Part shown: one piece after another, positions 59,703 through 64,000 of the stretch
Layout: the number at the start of each line of letters is the position of its first letter
Position numbering within the stretch: the first letter of the stretch is position 1
Source: a virus
Virus record (IMG/VR): IMGVR_UViG_3300045988_044010
DNA: 64,000 nucleotides
Direction: 5' to 3' (one strand)
Made by a program: the position numbers and the translations under genes
Notes under the pieces: model-generated
Database searches by the model: none
Seen by the model: only the letters and a program-made list of their open reading frames with translations
Told to the model about the DNA's origin: nothing

Positions 59703-60275
59703 CTAATTTCTTATTATTTTATTCTTGACTTGACCCACAACATTTGCTATGCGTCCGCCACCTAAGTCAATACCAAGAGTTGCTAATAGAGGTCCCTCTA
59801 TAGTAATCTCTTCTTTGGTACGATGTCCATTCTCTTTAGCATACTTCTGTATAGCTTCCTGATTGATATATTTTGAGTGTAAAGCCCCGTCCGAACAATT
59901 TCTCATACTATCAAACAAGATATCTACTACACAGTCGTAGTCTTTTTTCTTTATAGCTTCATCTAAAATACTTTTAGTAATTCCATCAAAAGCTAATTCA
60001 TTACGAGTTCCATGAGAACCTGTAATAACATCTGCTACACGTAAAGCGACGTCTACAATGCTTACCAGTTCATAATCATTGCAACATCTCTGCCACCATA
60101 AAGGTCCTTTTCCACAGTAAAAGATGACCGTTCCATCCTCTCTTACTTGTAGTTTTTTACCTGTTTTTCTTCCACTTCCATCCTGAAAGGATATCTTTGA
60201 AAGGATTGCTGGTTCGCAACTAATAAGTATTCGCAGAAGTTCTACCCGTACAGGGTCAATTCTGCACGTAGCCAT
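59703..60275 (-). CDS. Hypothetical protein (GC-enriched gene), TAG stop
   Basis: Intact standard-code ORF. The next in-frame TAA lies 20 codons downstream, at 59643-59645. Confidence 0.7.
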   Translation of the reverse strand: MATCRIDPVRVELLRILISCEPAILSKISFQDGSGRKTGKKLQVREDGTVIFYCGKGPLWWQRCCNDYELVSIVDVALRVADVITGSHGTRNELAFDGITKSILDEAIKKKDYDCVVDILFDSMRNCSDGALHSKYINQEAIQKYAKENGHRTKEEITIEGPLLATLGIDLGGGRIANVVGQVKNKIIRN

Positions 60276-60277
60276 AC

Positions 60278-60925
60278 CTATTGTTGTTCGATGTTAATGT
60301 TAAGGTTTACTTCCTCGCTATTCTGCGGTTCTACGCCACACTGGCGAGCATACTCAACCTGCATGCGTTCCTGCTCTTCCTGCATGCTCCGAACAGTACC
60401 ACTAAGTTTAGTATACTTACGAGCAAGCTCTTCATAGAATGTGCATACACTTGTGTTATGAAGTGCCAGCAATTCATTGAGCATTGGCAATTCTTCAGCT
60501 GAGAAGAAGATAGGTTTACCACCTTTCTTTCCAATCCGGCTAATACAATCAGCGATTGTATCACGAGTTGCTTTAGCAAGCTGGGGCGGAACAAGGTTAA
60601 ATACTAAATTCGGATCGTTACTTTCCGGATTCAACATGATCTTCGGTTCACCGTCAAAATCTTTCGGTAAGAACTTCAAACCGGTAATGTCGATAGGTTT
60701 AATCAGGAACACAGTTACTTCTTTCCGTAACGTATTCTTATCATTAAGTACGTCTTCCTTGTACTTAAGATCTGGATTTGTACCTACGATAGTATAGATC
60801 TGTTCTGAGAAGAAACGACCATACTGTTTTGCTACAGCCCGATAACGAGCAAGAATCTGAGAAGCAATATTAGCTTCAGGGTTTGTCTGAGCACTATTTG
60901 TGCTAGCAGTTACTTGTACTTCCAT
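60278..60925 (-). CDS. Hypothetical protein (GC-enriched gene), TAG stop
   Basis: The track ORF starts at TTG 60964. I prefer ATG 60925 (MEVQVTAS...), but the start is uncertain. Confidence 0.65.
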   Translation of the reverse strand: MEVQVTASTNSAQTNPEANIASQILARYRAVAKQYGRFFSEQIYTIVGTNPDLKYKEDVLNDKNTLRKEVTVFLIKPIDITGLKFLPKDFDGEPKIMLNPESNDPNLVFNLVPPQLAKATRDTIADCISRIGKKGGKPIFFSAEELPMLNELLALHNTSVCTFYEELARKYTKLSGTVRSMQEEQERMQVEYARQCGVEPQNSEEVNLNINIEQQ

Positions 60926-61113
60926 AAAAATGTTTCCTTTCTGAGTCCGTACTTGATATACCAATACGAACCATTTTTATACTCTTGGTTAATAATTAAT
61001 TTTAAGCTCTCCACCTTTCGATTATTTAATAGCACTACAGTAATGGTAGTGGTGAATTCAATCACATAATCTACTCAGCATAAAAATAATAAATGTTAAT
61101 TTATTTGAAAATA

Positions 61114-61150
61114 TCTGATAATGATAAGATCTCTGATAATTTTCTGATAA
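61114..61150 (-). promoter_or_regulatory. TTATCAGA-type repeat cluster next to an AT-rich tract (early promoter/operator or origin candidate)
   Basis: On the plus strand TCTGATAA starts at 61114, 61132 and 61143, and TGATAAG lies at 61122-61128. An AT-rich run at 61081-61113 is adjacent. Confidence 0.45.
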
Positions 61151-61160
61151 ATATCGTTTT

Positions 61161-63004
61161 AACGTCCCGTTTCGACGGTTAAGATTCAACTCCTTCGATG
61201 CTTAACGCACCTCTCACCGTTATTTCATATCGCTATTAGATGCAATATGAAAGACTTTATCATCAGTTCACGATGAACCTACTTAGTATTTCCGGATTTA
61301 TCGAAATTCGTTTGAATTACGGTCGTTTATCTAACGTTACCAACTCACAAGCTCATTACCTATAGTATGACCCACTTGTACCTCTCGGATTTCTTATTTA
61401 TACTGCACGAACACGAGGATTTCCACCTCTCATCGTCTCCTTGCTTGCTTAGCTGCTATTGCTACTAAGTGTACTCTCCCTTAAATCTACCGAGACAGGG
61501 TGATAGGAGGCAGGTCATTGACGAATCAGCGTTCTCTTTACATATATACTTGCGGTATATACTTTATGAGTTTCTAATGTCAGCGATGACGGTTGGCAGT
61601 CTGGGGTGACTCGTACTCCATGCGGTCTATCTTACAACTGATAATTTGCTACTTCTGTACTATCATTGAACTTCCCAATTTCATATATCAGGTTATCAGC
61701 CTAATACGAGATTAAACAATTTGAAAACACATTTTACCATTAGCTGGTTTTCTTCAGCTTTTACTGTTTTCAGATTAAGAATATATCTGTCATCACATCT
61801 ATATTCACTACCTTCTGGTTGTAGGATTCCAACCCTACAGCAGCTGTATTCTTACTTTAGTAAACTTAGTTTAAAGTACTTCTACTATATAGTTATTACT
61901 TCTCTTCAACTCAGGAGTGAGGCGATGCTTGTAATTAACCAGTCTTTACATATCTTGAAAAACATAAGCTCTGCTGTTTTTTAGTAGGAGTTCCTAGCGT
62001 CTCCTTAAAATCATTTTATATCATAATCATACTTGCTAAAGGTATGTGATAACTAGAATCAGGGTTATCGCGCCCTCAAACCGCTTAGACACTCTGGGTC
62101 TATTCATTCCTCATTCAATTATACTCACACGAACGAATAAGCACGTGAGTCACCTTAGACTTGAAAGACGGTATCAATCTCATATACCTCATCCCTTATA
62201 CGTAAGTTCTTTTGCGGCACGCTAGTTACGGTAGCGCACAGGATTGGCTCCTGCTCCCTGGTAATCAGTCTATTTTCACCACAGTTTAGCATGGTTACTT
62301 AGGATCATTGCATGTCCAGCCTTCATATCCTTACTTTGTATAAGTATGTACCATAACACGGTTATCCTTACATTAGTATCAGTTATTTACTCCCTTTATA
62401 TTACGAACCAATTATCGTAAAAACACTAGAGTTAGCCTATTTTTCCAATCAGGACGCATAGTTGCGCTTTTGTATGAAGCGAGGTTGGAACCCGCTTGTT
62501 GCGTTAGTCAGCCTTAATATTGTCCAACAATCCTTTTCCAAGGGATTGTTCAAGAACACTTTGTTCTTGTCTCAGCATCGTGTTTATATTCCTTTTTGAG
62601 TCACATCTTGATAGTGCATACGAATATAGGGATTTCGTTCCCTTTGAGCTGTTTGTAATTCAGTGTGTCTTCTCTTAAATTACGAGTCTTTAATTAATCA
62701 AATCACCAATCGGTTCTCATTATCATAATCTTATTTGAAGGTTGCTCACTCTCACCTCCTCTTACACAGGTTTCACGTGTGTAAGCTAACATCTTACCTT
62801 TTGTTATCTCAACTGTTTTAGCAGTATACATATTCTCAGATCATGTACTTTTCGGACCATGTGTAAATGAACACAAGCTTCCTGACACAGTGCGCATTGT
62901 CTTATTTTAGACACCGCTTGCCTTCTGTCGGAGTGATTTACGCTATAGTTTTACTCCTCTCGAACTATGACATAATTATAGTATTTATAAAGCGGCTATT
63001 GTCA
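61161..63004. other. ORF-free, GC-enriched region (candidate large structured RNA or cis-acting region)
   Basis: The track shows no minus-strand ORF of 60 or more codons, and only one low-complexity TTG-initiated plus ORF. TTA, TCA, TAA and TGA are frequent in all frames I sampled, so TAG recoding does not rescue coding. Several perfect local hairpins are present. Confidence 0.5.
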
Positions 63005-63430
63005 TTAACTTTTTTCCGCTGAGGATTTATCTTCTCCTGCATTAAGTTGCTCTGGTTTGATTAGCGCAATTTTTCCAGATGATAAGTTGATATTTGCAAC
63101 TACCTTCTCACCACGGCATATATCTACTATGCCATCGCTTATATCTCTACTACAGATATAATCAATCGGATCCATTTTACCCGGATCAAAACCATCCAAG
63201 CATTTACATAAATACCTTACAGACGAACGTAAGTACTGCTCTAAGTATAGGGTATTATCTACACTCTGCTTTGTCTTAGCTTCAAGAGAGTTACTAGATT
63301 CTCCTTGAATAATAAAATATTCAGTTTGAACTATGGCATTATTTAACTCACGCCTAGCATTCTTGAAGTTACGAATAATCCGAGATAATCTCATCATCGA
63401 ATTAAGCGTAGAAATATTCCTATTCTTCAT
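63005..63430 (-). CDS. Hypothetical protein
   Basis: Intact standard-code ORF with a TAA stop. Confidence 0.65.
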   Translation of the reverse strand: MKNRNISTLNSMMRLSRIIRNFKNARRELNNAIVQTEYFIIQGESSNSLEAKTKQSVDNTLYLEQYLRSSVRYLCKCLDGFDPGKMDPIDYICSRDISDGIVDICRGEKVVANINLSSGKIALIKPEQLNAGEDKSSAEKS

Positions 63431-63821
63431 TATTAGAATCTTTAGTAAAAGGAGAAAGTGGCTTTACATCCTCTGGCAAGTTAGCTATGCTACTTACTTT
63501 TGGAAATCCTGTATTTACTTCTTTTACTTTAGTTCTCCACTTAACAACTGGTTTAACTTCACCTGTTGTTGTTACATTGACGACTGCGTCTGTTGTTCCT
63601 TTTATGGATACTTCCTGAGTGTTTACATCGACAGCGATATTAATTGTGTCGATACTCACAGACGATTTCTCTTTAATTTGAGGCTTTGTCATAGACATTA
63701 GCTCCAAATATGAGGGAATCACAGGCTGTGCCTGTACTTTTTCAGTTGTACCTATTAGATTCCAGCCAACAAAAATACTGGCGAAGAACACTACTAGAAC
63801 TGATAAAACTCTACTAGTCAT
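63420..63821 (-). CDS. Hypothetical secreted/membrane-anchored protein, TAG stop
   Basis: The N-terminus MTSRVLSVLVVFFASIFVGWNLIG is hydrophobic. Confidence 0.65.
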   Translation of the reverse strand: MTSRVLSVLVVFFASIFVGWNLIGTTEKVQAQPVIPSYLELMSMTKPQIKEKSSVSIDTINIAVDVNTQEVSIKGTTDAVVNVTTTGEVKPVVKWRTKVKEVNTGFPKVSSIANLPEDVKPLSPFTKDSNNEE

Positions 63822-63898
63822 ATTGATTATGATTTAATTAGAGTGAAAGATTCTTCTCCATGTGAGAATACGCTTCCACGCACTAAGAATCCACAGCG

Positions 63899-64000
63899 TT
63901 AATTTTTTTTTTCAGCTGGTTTTTCCTCTTCTGCGGGTTTCTGTTCAGTAACAGGATATTCGCCGGATACGACGATATCTTTAGCTACTTCGTATTCTGC
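63899..64000 (-). CDS. 3' end of a CDS continuing beyond the window
   Basis: The reading is ...AEYEVAKDIVVSGEYPVTEQKPAEEEKPAEKKN, ending at a TAA formed directly after an A10 run (T10 on the plus strand, 63903-63912). Confidence 0.5.
   Translation of the reverse strand, partial: AEYEVAKDIVVSGEYPVTEQKPAEEEKPAEKKN

Noticed and set aside
60281-60797. Plus-strand ORFs inside early genes (60281..60502 and 60477..60797; likewise 63094..63279, 63333..63701, 57461..57691, 58389..58842 and 49679..49885)
   Set aside because: They are antisense to well-supported minus-strand genes. ORF 49679..49885 is antisense to the resolvase-like gene.
61114-61150. CRISPR-like array
   Set aside because: The repeats are only 8 nt long with irregular 11-18 nt spacing, and no cas genes are present. 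It is a regulatory or iteron-type repeat, not CRISPR.
61721-61984. 87-aa plus-strand ORF in the ORF-free region
   Set aside because: It is TTG-initiated, Ser/Leu/Phe/Tyr-rich and low-complexity. It is oriented against all neighbouring genes and has no recognisable motif, so it is probably a chance ORF.
60965-63004. ORF-free region as a group I/II intron, rRNA fragment, RNase P RNA or tRNA array
   Set aside because: No split host gene flanks it. I could not see RNase P P4-type, group II domain V-type or conserved rRNA strings by eye, and no acceptor-stem partner accompanies the T-arm-like hairpin at 62479-62495. None of this can be excluded without covariance-model searches.
1-64000. Integrase, attachment sites or lysogeny module
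   Set aside because: I recognised no integrase, recombinase or repressor-like gene in the window. The architecture fits a lytic crAss-like phage, although the window is only part of the genome.

Overview
This window looks like part of a crAss-like (Crassvirales-type) Bacteroidota phage genome, in two opposed blocks. (1) Plus strand, 1-46079: late/virion genes. These include tail fibres, an M15 endolysin, a complete diversity-generating retroelement (DGR), a free-standing GIY-YIG endonuclease, tail and ejection proteins, and a 4,498-codon ORF carrying the DFDID motif of crAss-type virion RNA polymerases. These genes are contiguous only if TAG is read as a sense codon (Gln), and all 25 end in TAA or TGA. 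(2) Minus strand, 46158-64000: early/replication genes readable in the standard code. These include a family-B DNA polymerase, DnaB-like helicase, DnaG-like primase, SSB, Sak4-like ATPase, PD-(D/E)XK nuclease, two metallophosphoesterases and an AAA+ ATPase. Five of these genes terminate at TAG. The items I would look at again are: an ORF-free, GC-enriched region of about 1.9-2.0 kb (60965-63004); three tRNA-like elements with good acceptor and T arms but aberrant cores, sitting in intergenic gaps of the early operon; a phased TTATCAGA repeat upstream of three early genes; a resolvase-like gene missed by the ORF track because its third codon is TAG; and the DGR, whose reverse transcriptase itself needs TAG read-through. 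No suppressor tRNA with a CUA anticodon was found in this window. All calls come from hand translation and motif recognition, with no database searches.
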